From the NCBI GenBank assembly GCA_008369845.1, contig MRSU01007434.1:1-49168 (forward strand): a DNA stretch of 49,168 nt. Reading direction: 5' to 3'. The notes beneath the pieces are model-generated. The model was given only the letters and a program-made list of their open reading frames with translations, was not told the origin of the DNA and ran no database searches. This DNA comes from Trichomonas gallinae (Eukaryota). How positions within the stretch are numbered: the stretch's first letter is position 1; every line of letters starts with the position of its first letter. Positions 38,864 through 49,168 of this stretch are shown here, piece by piece. A program made the position numbers and the translations under genes.

Positions 38864-39652
38864 ATCATTCTCAGATTTGTATTGTTAATCCAAAATCAGC
38901 GAAATCATAATTAAACAGTCAATTAGCACATCCGTGCAATCATCATCGTATTAAATATGTTAGAAATTAATAGTTCACTGTTTATAAAAACAAAAAAAAT
39001 TAATATTTTTTTAAAAAATTATTATTGATGAATATCCGCATAATATTTAAATATACTCTTTGTAAAAATCCTAAGAATATGTTACCAATAGCTCAGATAC
39101 TGATAAAAAATTCGAAAAATATGAAAATATGCAGCGTAATATTGGAATTTAAAGATTCATATAGTATTAATATAATATATAAATAATATATATACCGATC
39201 GATTGCGAGTAGTTCAACGATTCATTTTCCCCCGCAAATTTTGTTTGCTTTATATCATTTTTGGAAAGATTACATTAATTTCACACCGATGCGAAATATA
39301 TCCTACCAGTTATTATTTGATCTGCGTCCATTTTAGAATTCAAAATTGCTATTTTTTGAATTTAGTGAAAAAAAAATACATCTTATATCGTTGCATATAT
39401 ATAATTTTTTCTTATTAATGAAAAAATTGAAAAATAATGGGTTCATTCAATTTTTTGAAAAAATAACAGGTCATATCAATATACAAGGAAACAATATCTA
39501 AACGATTTTAAAACGAGTTCAAACGAAAATCACAGTTTGAGAGAGCTGTTATTTCTTCACAAAATTGAAGACTAAAAAGTTATGGTTTGAGAGAGTATTT
39601 TGTTAGGCAATTTTCCTGGTATTTATCAGTTCATTTTTCATCTGTCTGCTAG

Positions 39653-40852
39653 ATGTCATTCAACGCACAAGACAAGATCGTCAAGGAAATGATTCCAGTC
39701 TTCGAAAAGGAATTCGGCGTCAAGCCACAATTCGCAGGCCGCGCTCCAGGCCGTGTTAACCTCATCGGCGAACACATCGACTACTGCGGTTTCAGTGTCT
39801 TCCCAATGGCTCTCGAGGGCAAGTTCACAACAGCTCTCCTCGCTTCCAACGAGTCGGGCCTCTTGAGAATCAGAAATGTCGACCACAACCTTAAGGGCGC
39901 TGATGTCAAGCTCGCTACAACAAAGCTTGAGGGCGAAGGTTGGGTTCAATACGTTGAATCAGCCGTCAAGACATTCTTAGAGTCATTCAAGCGCAGTATT
40001 AAGGGCCTTGATGTCCTCATTTGGGGCTCAGTTCCACTTGCTTCTGGCCTTTCTTCATCAGCTGCTTTGCTTTGCGCTGTTGCTACAGGCCTCGACCTCT
40101 TAACAGGCGGTGATGCCGACAAGGGTGAACTCGTTGAGATGTGTGTCGAAGCTGAGCACCGTGTTGGTGTCATGTGCGGTGGCATGGACCAGGCTATTTC
40201 CATTCTCGGTGAGAAGGACCATGCTTGCGTCATCTCATTCGTTCCAAAGATCACAGCCAAGTCAGTCAAGCTTCCACCAGCTCACTTCGTTGTTGCCCAC
40301 TCTGGTGTTGCTGCTGCCAAGCTCGCTACAGCTGATGACTGCTACAACCGCCGTGTTGAAGAAGTCCGCCGCGCCGCTGAGCTTATGATGCCAGGTGCCA
40401 AGACAATCGGCGATGTCGTCGCCAAGTTCGGCTGGGAAAGTGCCATGGAGGCTGCCAAGAAGCTCCCAGAGCGTGAAGGCAAGCTTGTCCTCAGAGACAG
40501 AGCAGTCCACGTAGTTGGTGAAGCTCACCGTGTTCTTAAGATGGACGGTGCTTCCCTCGAACAGTGGGGCGAGCTCATGAAGGAATCACACGCTTCCTGT
40601 CGCGACCTCTACAAGTGCTCATGCGAGGCTCTCGATGCTCTCGTCGAGACAGGCCTCAAGCACGGTGCTCTCGGTGGCCGTCTTACAGGTGCTGGCTGGG
40701 GTGGCTGCACAGTCTTCATCCTTGCTCCTGATGCTAACCCAACAAAGTTCATTGAAGGAGTCAAGAAGGACTTCTACGAGGCTCGTGGTGTCAAGGATCC
40801 TATCATCTTCGCTACAAATGCTGGCGATGGTGCTGCTGCTTTCAAGTTCTAA
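39653..40852 (+). CDS. galK: Galactokinase / GalNAc kinase (GHMP family)
   Basis: APGRVNLIGEHIDY, PLASGLSSSAA, CGGMDQ and GGRLTGAGWGGC. Strong C-ending codon bias and TCAGT/TCATT Inr upstream. Confidence 0.95.
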   Translation: MSFNAQDKIVKEMIPVFEKEFGVKPQFAGRAPGRVNLIGEHIDYCGFSVFPMALEGKFTTALLASNESGLLRIRNVDHNLKGADVKLATTKLEGEGWVQYVESAVKTFLESFKRSIKGLDVLIWGSVPLASGLSSSAALLCAVATGLDLLTGGDADKGELVEMCVEAEHRVGVMCGGMDQAISILGEKDHACVISFVPKITAKSVKLPPAHFVVAHSGVAAAKLATADDCYNRRVEEVRRAAELMMPGAKTIGDVVAKFGWESAMEAAKKLPEREGKLVLRDRAVHVVGEAHRVLKMDGASLEQWGELMKESHASCRDLYKCSCEALDALVETGLKHGALGGRLTGAGWGGCTVFILAPDANPTKFIEGVKKDFYEARGVKDPIIFATNAGDGAAAFKF

Positions 40853-41138
40853 GTAATTTATTTTGAAATTAAACAAGAATTTTCTAAAAATATTTTGTTG
40901 TTGAATCAATAGACAGGCAATTTTCAAAATAAATCAACAAAAAAAAAAAAAAAAAATGATAAATGCAAATTATTATCTTTCATTGACTTTCTGGTTATTT
41001 TACTGATTGGTTTCCTAATGCATGGGAATCTTTTAGTGAAGCTATTAAAATAATCAAACATATTTAAAATATATACAAAACATAATATATAATATGAAAG
41101 TAATCAAATTGAAAACTTTCGTGAATAAAAAAAAATCA

Positions 41139-42944
41139 TTACTTCGAAAGATTTTGGAGAATTTGGTCGACTTCTTCATTTTGAACGATCTTTGGCATCG
41201 TGAAAATTGTCTGCTCGAATGAATCCTTTTGATGAATATCTATATCTTTGCACTTTAATAGCAGATTTAATATGTCAGGATGTCCATGATTCACGCATTC
41301 GAATATTGGCGTTTGATTCATGTTATTAGGTATATTTACATTGCAACCTGACTCCAAGAACAGCTTTACTATATCAGTGAGTCCATTCGCGCATGCAATA
41401 TGTAATTCAGAAACTCCGCTGTTTGTTGCATCACTGGCGTCAAAAGCAAATAACTGCATGAAAATGTTTATCACGTCCATGTCCCCGCGTTGAAGAGCAA
41501 TTGACATTGCTGTCTCCCCAATATGCGTTTTAGCTTGAAGATCAATATCAGTGAATTTTAATAACGCTTTGACACATTTTACAAAACCGTTTGATACTGC
41601 GTAGTGAAGCGGAGTCCATCCTGATGTATCTGAAACATTTGGATCTGCGCTCGAAAGCTTTCTCATTCTCTTGATTATGAAATTATCTCCTGTTATTGCT
41701 GCAACATGTAGTGCTGTCTGCTTGAATTTGTTTCGCTTGTTAACATCAATTTTTTCGTTGCAAAGAAGCAATATCTCTGATTCAGTTGATCCGAGAGCTA
41801 TAGCAAGCATCAAAGGCGTCATTGAATCCGGTCCTGACTCGTTTATTAGATTTCCGAGAGATAAACTGTGCTGAAGAGTGTGAAAATTATTCACTGATGC
41901 CGAAATATGCAAAACTGTTCCTAAAAAGTCAGATTTTGAATCAATTGATACTTTTTTGGTATTCAAAAGCCATTCGAACACGTCTTCCCTGAAATACAGG
42001 GCCGCGCACTGCAGTGTATATTTGGATTCGAACCTCCTTTGAGTTATTATGTGAATGATTTCTGCATCACCCCCCATTATCGCGTAATGTTCAGGATAGA
42101 AGCCACTTTCTTCATCGCACGTGTTTAGATCTGCGTTATTAAGCAAAAGGAATTTAAAACAACGCAAAGAGCCGTAAAAACACGAATAACTTATTAATGA
42201 TGGATTTCCGTGACAAAATAAGCCGTGTTCGAATAGATTATCTTGTATTTTGCCGTTAACATCGAACTCTGTGTTGCTTGTAAGATGAATTAATTGATTA
42301 ATATCGTCGTTTTTTATAGATTGAGCAATATCATTGTAAAACGTTCCACTATGGATGCATTCTAGAAGAATCTTGTAGTTATTCTCAACCATATTCGAAA
42401 TTTTGGATTCTAAAAACTTAGCTCCAAGAAGAGTCCCGTTAAAAGCAATACTTACGAAATTGGACAAAATATCTTGGCATTGCGGGTTTTCTATTTCAGG
42501 GAGGAAGTATAATGCTTTAAGTAGTGAGAATTTTGAGTTAAATCCGAAATCTTGTAAAGTTCTTGATCGAATTTCTTCTTTATTGAATGTTTTTAGCTCA
42601 ATGCATCGACGAATTGCTGCGAAAACAGGTATTTTGTGGAAAATAAAGCCAATATATGGCTGTTCGAATGCTTTATCTAATAATATTTTTTTGAATTTAT
42701 CTTTAAACATGTAATCGGGCGAAGCAACCGCAAACCAATTGATAACCATTGCATATAGATCAATTTTCTTGACTCGTAGAGTGATTTTTTGAAATATTGA
42801 CGAAACTAGATCCGGAATTTTACTTTCATGATTGGCATAGGCAGAATTGTTTAGCTGTTTCAGAGTCATCAACAAGTTTGATGAATCAATATCAAAGAGA
42901 AGACGGTCAAGAAAGCCTCGATTTTCTAATGATATATGCTTCAT
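41139..42944 (-). CDS. Ankyrin-repeat protein (DUF3447-type)
   Basis: SIKNDDINQL...SCFYGSLRCFKFLLLN...AIMGGDAEIIH, then many ankyrin repeats (GWTPLHYAVSNGFVKCVKALL). Confidence 0.92.
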   Translation of the reverse strand: MKHISLENRGFLDRLLFDIDSSNLLMTLKQLNNSAYANHESKIPDLVSSIFQKITLRVKKIDLYAMVINWFAVASPDYMFKDKFKKILLDKAFEQPYIGFIFHKIPVFAAIRRCIELKTFNKEEIRSRTLQDFGFNSKFSLLKALYFLPEIENPQCQDILSNFVSIAFNGTLLGAKFLESKISNMVENNYKILLECIHSGTFYNDIAQSIKNDDINQLIHLTSNTEFDVNGKIQDNLFEHGLFCHGNPSLISYSCFYGSLRCFKFLLLNNADLNTCDEESGFYPEHYAIMGGDAEIIHIITQRRFESKYTLQCAALYFREDVFEWLLNTKKVSIDSKSDFLGTVLHISASVNNFHTLQHSLSLGNLINESGPDSMTPLMLAIALGSTESEILLLCNEKIDVNKRNKFKQTALHVAAITGDNFIIKRMRKLSSADPNVSDTSGWTPLHYAVSNGFVKCVKALLKFTDIDLQAKTHIGETAMSIALQRGDMDVINIFMQLFAFDASDATNSGVSELHIACANGLTDIVKLFLESGCNVNIPNNMNQTPIFECVNHGHPDILNLLLKCKDIDIHQKDSFEQTIFTMPKIVQNEEVDQILQNLSK

Positions 42945-43399
42945 CTGACTTATCTAAAAAATAAGAATAAAACATAATTTTTGTTAGATTTCCTCTCACA
43001 TATTTGCATTTGGAGCGCAAAAATACAAAGATAACAAGAATTTATATTTTATGATTCCAGCATGAATAACAAAGAGCTATTTCACGATGAATCATTCCTA
43101 TAACACTTATATAAGAGTAATATACCTTTTTTCCCTTCAATTTCAAGATAATATAATTTTCAGTTGATTCTGAAGTAAAATTGATGAGATGTCGCCTTTT
43201 TTGTTGATATCGATTAAATATGTTATTAGCAAATGTTTGATGACATCATAATGATCATAAATTGAAGCAAAAATCAAAGCTGTCTTGATGTAATTTTCTT
43301 TGACGTGAGCAAAAGTTTGACACCATTATAATAATCATAAATTGAAGCATTATTTTTAGAAGTTTTTGTGTAAGTTTGGAGCTTACGAACCTTTTTATA

Positions 43400-43803
43400 C
43401 GCCCACTCGTAAACTTCAGAAGGTTTCGTACCTATTTTGGTACATGAAAACTCAAAATTCATGAAAAAATAAATCACATCCAATCATGCTGAAACAACCT
43501 ACACAGATCGAGTATGAATATCCGACTCTGAACAAGTTACTTTCCATGGGATTCCAAATTAAATCCCGACCGTTAAATCGAAAACACGGCTTATAATCTT
43601 GACTGTTGAATTGTTAACAAATTTGGAAACTTACTACGGCTAATCGAGTCGATCAAGAATATTCCAGGATTATTTCCAAATTTGCATCCCTATATATAGA
43701 AGTATTATCACCATCAAAGATCTTTGATTGCAAAGCGACTATCGAAGAAAACGCTGATTTCGTTTAACCTTAAAAATAAAATTCCGAAGTTTACGAGTGG
43801 GCG
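43400..43803. mobile_element. Non-autonomous TIR element (MITE-like, TA-flanked, Tc1/mariner-type ends)
   Basis: Perfect 20-bp inverted repeat TACGCCCACTCGTAAACTTC (43398-43417) / GAAGTTTACGAGTGGGCGTA (43786-43805). The outer TA is consistent with a TA target-site duplication. No intact transposase. Confidence 0.72.
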
Positions 43804-43814
43804 TAATAGCACCC

Positions 43815-45071
43815 TTAAATATACAAATCTTGGATTAAATATAAGATTTCTTCCGCAAAGTCTTGAGGGGAATGAATATCGTTTGGATTTATGACTCTTA
43901 CTGGTCTGGCAACTGTTGGTGGACGTTTTGTTGCTGAGTTAATTGTGCTAATTATGACTCTTCCAACTGCTTTAGTTGTAGCTTTGAATAGATCGAATGC
44001 AAGTTTCGGAAGTGTCGTAAAGTTAGTGAATGACTGTTTAATATCGTCTTGCAGTGTCTGATCGCTGAGTCTTGGTGGATATCTGAAGTATTTATCAGAT
44101 AAAACAATAATTCTATTGAAATCATAATTTTCAAATCGTTGGATCTTCTCCATCGCGTTGTTAACATAATCTTCCTCAGTAAATGATTCCAAAGCAAGTC
44201 TGATGTGAGCTAAAGCCAATGCTACGAAATAATCTTCAAATTTCCCATCTTCTGTGTGCAGCAAAAATCTATCCCACAGCAACATGACGTCATTGATCTC
44301 ATGAACGTGTGTAAATAGAAGTAGTCTCCAAGCAGTAGCGAAGAACATTGATGAAACATTATTATCTTTAAATGCTTGATCGAGATCTGTGCTGATGCAC
44401 TTAATTTGTGTATCAAGCATTTGGAAACATTGCTGTTCATGTGGATTAGCTAATATTAGATGAATTTTCGATAATTTCAGAAGTTCAACAGTTAAATTCA
44501 ATGATAAACCTTCTGCGTATACGTAAAAGTATTTTGAATGTTCAAGTATGTATACATATTGCATTGATTGTATTATTTTCAGCGCCATTGCAAAACAAAC
44601 AATCATATAACGGTCAAATCCTTGGATATACTCTAATTCCGGATACTTCAATGTAATAATGCATAGTATTCTAGTACATGCGAGATGTCCATATTCTATA
44701 TCAGGCTCTTTAACACCAAATGCATCACAAACAGCTTTAAAGAAATTGTAAAATCGTGGAACATCGGCGGCAATAGTTTTAGCTGATTCTAATGGCGTGG
44801 ATTCTAAGGGTTTATCGCAGTTTTCACCAAGTAATTCGGATAAATAATCTTGATATTCACAAACTTTTTGATAAAGCTCGTTGGGATAACTATCTATGTT
44901 AACTATCCCTAATTTTATGTAGTAACATATAAATCGTAGTTCGATATCTTTATGAACGCTTTCTGATAAGAACTGATCAATGGTTTCGGTGTTTTCTACT
45001 TTTCGCGCACCATTTGGACTTGTGTTTATTCTATAAAGATACGTGATAAAGTCTTCTGGTTTGAATGTCAT
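43815..45071 (-). CDS. Rab-GAP TBC-domain protein
   Basis: IAADVPR (IxxDxxR), YIQG (YxQ), FATAWRLLLF and VMLLWDRFL. TCATT Inr and AAAGTGAC at 45091-45098 on the minus strand. Confidence 0.88.
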   Translation of the reverse strand: MTFKPEDFITYLYRINTSPNGARKVENTETIDQFLSESVHKDIELRFICYYIKLGIVNIDSYPNELYQKVCEYQDYLSELLGENCDKPLESTPLESAKTIAADVPRFYNFFKAVCDAFGVKEPDIEYGHLACTRILCIITLKYPELEYIQGFDRYMIVCFAMALKIIQSMQYVYILEHSKYFYVYAEGLSLNLTVELLKLSKIHLILANPHEQQCFQMLDTQIKCISTDLDQAFKDNNVSSMFFATAWRLLLFTHVHEINDVMLLWDRFLLHTEDGKFEDYFVALALAHIRLALESFTEEDYVNNAMEKIQRFENYDFNRIIVLSDKYFRYPPRLSDQTLQDDIKQSFTNFTTLPKLAFDLFKATTKAVGRVIISTINSATKRPPTVARPVRVINPNDIHSPQDFAEEILYLIQDLYI

Positions 45072-45942
45072 TTAATGAATTTGATCTTATGTCACTTTTA
45101 GGCTAACAAAATTTACCGGTGAAAAAAAAATCCTCAAAAAAAAAATCACCGAAATGAATTTTCTCTGATAATATCAAAATATGCAGACACCTGGTCTTTC
45201 CAACCGAATCCTTATAAAATAATACCTCAGCTCTAATCACCTACGCAAGTAGACTTAAAATTATTAATCTATCATAATCTATCGATAAATCTATCTATAA
45301 ATCATAATTCGCACACTTTAAATTTGTGTAAACTATAGAAAAAAAATTAAAAGTGGATCTTAATTTAAAAAATTTGCGATTTGTAAGGTAGTACAATGGT
45401 AAGAGCGTCACAAGAAAAAGCATATGAGTTCCTAATGTTGCAAGCACACATTCAACTTCAACTCGCTGCTTTTCGTGGACTTTATATTTTAAAATTTGAA
45501 ATATCATTATGATATTATCATAAAAATTTTGTGAAAAACATTTTAATAATACGTCAGATATGTGAACTATTCACTAATTTTTTTGTTGATCAAATTTTTT
45601 GACATATAAACTATTTTACATAACATATTTTTCAAAAAGTGACGATTTATTTTCTTTGATTGTTTTTTGATCAAAATCTAATTCTTCCACTCAGAAAATA
45701 ACATGTTAACAGTTAGAAAAGATGTTTCTAACTGGTGCAGAAACAAAGAAAATGATTCATTCTGAATAATTTCAATTTATTTGCTTTTTTTGTAATTTAC
45801 AAATTGCTATTGGTGTATCTTCAACCAAAAAGGCTGGAATTATTGATACATTGCTTTGAAATGCATGTTACAACAGAATAAAATTTTACATGATAAAATA
45901 TCAAACAAAAAATTAATGGTTTGGTGATAGCTCGAATTAAAA

Positions 45943-46464
45943 CTATTTTTGAGTAGATCTTATAGTGAAATCTGAATCTTCCTCCGAATCAGATCTTTCT
46001 GGTAAATTCATTTCGAATCTATAGGCGCGTCGCTCAACTTCTTCTAAATGCGCTCTCATTTCCTCGAGTCGATTGAGTCTTTCTTGGACTTGATCGATGG
46101 ATCCAGTAACACCATCTCTTGTAGTATCAGATTTTTCGATGAAATCGACGCAAAAATCATTAAATATCTTAGCATTATCGTTTGATGGATCTTTCTTTTG
46201 ATGTCTTTCACGCGATAAGAAAGCTTTTGTTAATTCATCCTCTTTTTCTATTTCATTATGCAGTTTTTCAGATAATATCTCTTGTCCTCGTTTGGTGACA
46301 TCTGGATTTATGTATATCTTGCTAGTTGCGTATTGATTTTTTGGAATTAGATTACTGAGTTCTGAACCATTAAATTTAACATCACGAGGTTTATAAATAG
46401 GCTCTGTTTTAGCAAATTTGCCTATTCTTATTTCTCTTGACTGGACTTTTCCTGTTTTATTCAT
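45943..46464 (-). CDS. Hypothetical protein with C-terminal coiled coil
   Basis: Likely start MNKTGKVQ at 46464, since the upstream extension is AT-rich and promoter-like. Charged 173-aa product. Confidence 0.7.
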   Translation of the reverse strand: MNKTGKVQSREIRIGKFAKTEPIYKPRDVKFNGSELSNLIPKNQYATSKIYINPDVTKRGQEILSEKLHNEIEKEDELTKAFLSRERHQKKDPSNDNAKIFNDFCVDFIEKSDTTRDGVTGSIDQVQERLNRLEEMRAHLEEVERRAYRFEMNLPERSDSEEDSDFTIRSTQK

Positions 46465-47039
46465 GAAAAATATTGAATTTGCCAGTTTATATTGATGTAA
46501 TGATTTTTTTGTCATGTAAATTTGATTTTTGAAATGTAAAAAAAATGTCAGTATTTTACATAAAAAAAAATTATCAATGTTGGCAATAAACATTATGTGC
46601 AGCCAATGATTTCTGATGACGCATATAAGAATCTCATGTTTAAAAAAATTGATGAATAATTTCATCATTAATCAATCGAAATATTTGTATTAATGCCTGA
46701 AGGTTACATATCAATTTTTGTAAATATTTCACATTTATTGGGTCTGTATTTATCTTCATGAGGAACCTTCTTTGGGCAATGTTAATTCCTAGTTTGATTG
46801 ATTAATGAATATATTATATATTATCAGTTTTAGTTAAAGATGTTAACATATATTTCAATATATCTAAATACCAGGTACATTCATATTAATATACCGCATT
46901 CCATGTCATTGCAGCTTTAAATTTTCAATTATTTGTATGTTTACGTTTTTATTTTGTTATTCAAGAATTCTTGTGTGAAATTTTGTCATATAAAATCATT
47001 TTCTATTTTGCGCCATATGCTTTCAGCATTCTTACAATT

Positions 47040-47477
47040 TCTTTGCTTTTGGTCATGTCCTTAGATGTATATAGTATTTTGCATTTTGCGTTAACACTTT
47101 TCCAGAAACTGCAAGAAGTAACTTTACAACTTCATGATTACCTTTAATTGAAGCTAGAATCAAAGCTGTTTTGTTATCTTTGTCTTTTGCGTTGATATCT
47201 ATTCCAGGAACTGAGAGAAGGTGAGAAGAATTTTGACAACTTCATGATTGCCATTAATTGGAGCATACATCAGAGCTGTTTTGTTGTTTTTGTCTCTACA
47301 AATTAAGCCTGGTTGAACAAAATTCCTTTTGACGCCATTCTTTGATGTCGCGTAAGCATAATTCAGTTTGACTGCAAATGACATAGCATCTCTGTCATTT
47401 TCACGCGCAATTTTAACTTTGCCGCCTAATTTGTATATTATCAATATTAAAAAAAAAAAGATTGATGCATAATACAT
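47040..47477 (-). pseudogene. Ankyrin-repeat gene relic
   Basis: DKNNKTALMYAPINGNHEVVKILL, then a stop/frameshift, then DINAKDKDNKTALILASIKGNHEVVKLLL. Confidence 0.75.
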
Positions 47478-47503
47478 ATAAAATACAATTTATTTATAAG
47501 ATA

Positions 47504-48769
47504 TTATTGGAGTAGATGTCCAAAGAACTCCACTCGTTGCAAACACAAATGATTACCATTGAAATGGTTTTTACCTGTCATTCTTATTCGAAGTTTTCTG
47601 TAATATCTTGTTGCATTACAATCTAAAGTTATTGATGCTCTGGCTCTGTTCAACGCTTGATTATCGGTTTGGGAATCTAATGTATCCCATGAACCATCCT
47701 CTCGCAGTCCCTCTACTACCCAATTCTTCAGATGACTATAACCTTCTCCGCAGTTGAATGTTTTCAGTGTATATCCTGTGGGCTTTATCTGCTTTTCTCT
47801 AAAATCAAACATAATCCATGGGTCTTTTTCTTCTTGCGAATACCAATAATCCTGTATTTCCGATGAAATGACGTAATAGGGCAAATTATACTCAGAAGAC
47901 GAAGCTGTTACTTCAACAATTTTCTTTAGATGAATGTTTCCTTCATTTTTTGATGCTAAAGCGGTAAAAATGCCATTTAAAGGATCTTTGCTATCAATTG
48001 ATATATACATTTCTGCAGATTTCGAATTTATTGTGGATTCAACTGATGAATTTACTAATCGTGAGCATAGTGATGCCCAAATAGGTCCTGTCAAATCTTC
48101 TGGCTTAATAATTTTCAAGAATTGGGCTATATCTGATCTAGGAAGATATTCGTAGTGAATATAATTTAATAATATTTTTGAAGCATTTTCATTGTTTTCC
48201 AGCACGTCAAGAACGAAATGGAATAAATTTGACTCACTTTCTACCTTTATATATTTGCTAGAAATGATTTTTTCTAATAAATGAATATCAATTGATTTTA
48301 AATCATCTTTATTAAAATCCCAGAAGTTTGATGCTACATAATTCAGTTCTTCATCGTAATTCATATCGTATTTTGCCTTGTTTTGCATTATTTGAAGAAC
48401 ATTTTCTTTCGTAAAATTATTTCGTTCAGATTGGATTCTTTTTCCTTCATTTATGATTTCCTCGTTGCCGAGTTTATTTCCAATTAGCGTAAAGTATTCT
48501 GCATCTAAATCTGATAAAATTAATGGATTTCCTTTATGCAAATTAATGATTTTTGCGAATTGATGAGTTTCATCGTTGATATTGATTTCGAATTTATCAA
48601 TTAATGGATCTGAAAGACTCATTTGCGCAATTTTTGGTGATATAAAACCAGCAAAGAACCTATTCGTTAAATATGTATGACCGCCGACAATAAATGTGAA
48701 GTCTTCGGAGATTTGCATTTGAAGGGCACCCTTTAATCCTTTAGATGACAAAGTGAAAGAATGCACCAT
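47504..48769 (-). CDS. BTB/BACK-like + F5/8 type C (discoidin) domain protein
   Basis: DFTFIVG...FISPKIA, YVASNF...LLEKIISS...VESE, and C-terminal WIMFDF...PTGYTL...HLKNWVVEG...LRIRMTGKN...VEFFG. TCATT Inr. Confidence 0.88.
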   Translation of the reverse strand: MVHSFTLSSKGLKGALQMQISEDFTFIVGGHTYLTNRFFAGFISPKIAQMSLSDPLIDKFEININDETHQFAKIINLHKGNPLILSDLDAEYFTLIGNKLGNEEIINEGKRIQSERNNFTKENVLQIMQNKAKYDMNYDEELNYVASNFWDFNKDDLKSIDIHLLEKIISSKYIKVESESNLFHFVLDVLENNENASKILLNYIHYEYLPRSDIAQFLKIIKPEDLTGPIWASLCSRLVNSSVESTINSKSAEMYISIDSKDPLNGIFTALASKNEGNIHLKKIVEVTASSSEYNLPYYVISSEIQDYWYSQEEKDPWIMFDFREKQIKPTGYTLKTFNCGEGYSHLKNWVVEGLREDGSWDTLDSQTDNQALNRARASITLDCNATRYYRKLRIRMTGKNHFNGNHLCLQRVEFFGHLLQ

Positions 48770-49168
48770 TTAAAAGAAATGAAATCTGAGCATTTCATTA
48801 TTAAATACTTCATGCATAAATGTTAAAATATCGCCACATTTTAGATCAAATTAAAAATATTTTCCGGACCAATTTAATTTTCGAAATTCTTGCTATCAAA
48901 ACTTAAGATATGCATATATTAGATGTTTAAATGCTCATTGGCAAAAAATTAGTGCTGATTTAAATAAGGTTAATATTGTTTTTGGAAAAAAAATGTTCGA
49001 GCAAAGTAAAAATAATATCCCCAGCTTTGCAACAGTTTGTAATAAGCCTAATTGCAGGGACTGAATCAATAAAAGCATAAAAATATAATATATAATTTGG
49101 GCGACATTATACACTGAAAATACTGGGATTTTTATCGTTTTTTTTTTTTTTTTTTTTTTCTTTCTTTC

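Noticed and set aside
39656..40927. Antisense ORFs over galactokinase
   Set aside because: Expected by-product of strong codon bias.
43254..43483. ORF 43274..43483 and a 16-bp direct repeat ATCATAAATTGAAGCA (43254, 43334)
   Set aside because: The ORF straddles the MITE boundary. The flanking part may be an ankyrin scrap but is too short to call.
45180..45300. Slightly GC-richer intergenic patch considered as ncRNA (RNase P/MRP- or snoRNA-like words) plus AATCTATC repeats
   Set aside because: No coherent pairing or complete motif set found by eye; would need an Infernal/Rfam search.
1..49168. Spliceosomal introns, tRNA/rRNA genes, Maverick/Polinton genes
   Set aside because: I found no ACTAAC...CAG branch/3' splice signature interrupting a gene, no cloverleaf or rRNA motif, and no integrase/polymerase/capsid ORF.

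Overview
AT-rich, gene-dense, apparently intron-less eukaryotic DNA from a trichomonad parabasalid (Trichomonas-like). The basis is TCA(T/C)T initiator elements near ATGs, stop codons fused to the UAAA poly(A) signal, expanded ankyrin genes, a TKL kinase and Pmp-like proteins. There are about 25 intact genes: proteasome beta6 and Rpn7, RNase Z, WDR6/Trm734-like, galactokinase, a Sac phosphatase, RP2, DZIP-like, SHIPPO-repeat, TBC proteins, an importin-beta-like HEAT protein and a bacterial-type GH25 lysozyme, among others. The window also holds several pseudogenes (a DEDDy 3'-5' exonuclease, Pmp-like and ankyrin relics) and a ~404-bp TA-flanked inverted-repeat element. The most notable unexplained signals are non-coding. 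One is a recurrent 11-bp promoter motif TG(A/T/G)CA(T/C)GTAAA, often in arrays just upstream of genes. The other is a shared (G)AACAG-based palindromic element upstream of the two adjacent proteasome genes. A possible GSAP/Pigeon homologue is also noted. All homology calls come from motif recognition by eye; no searches were run.
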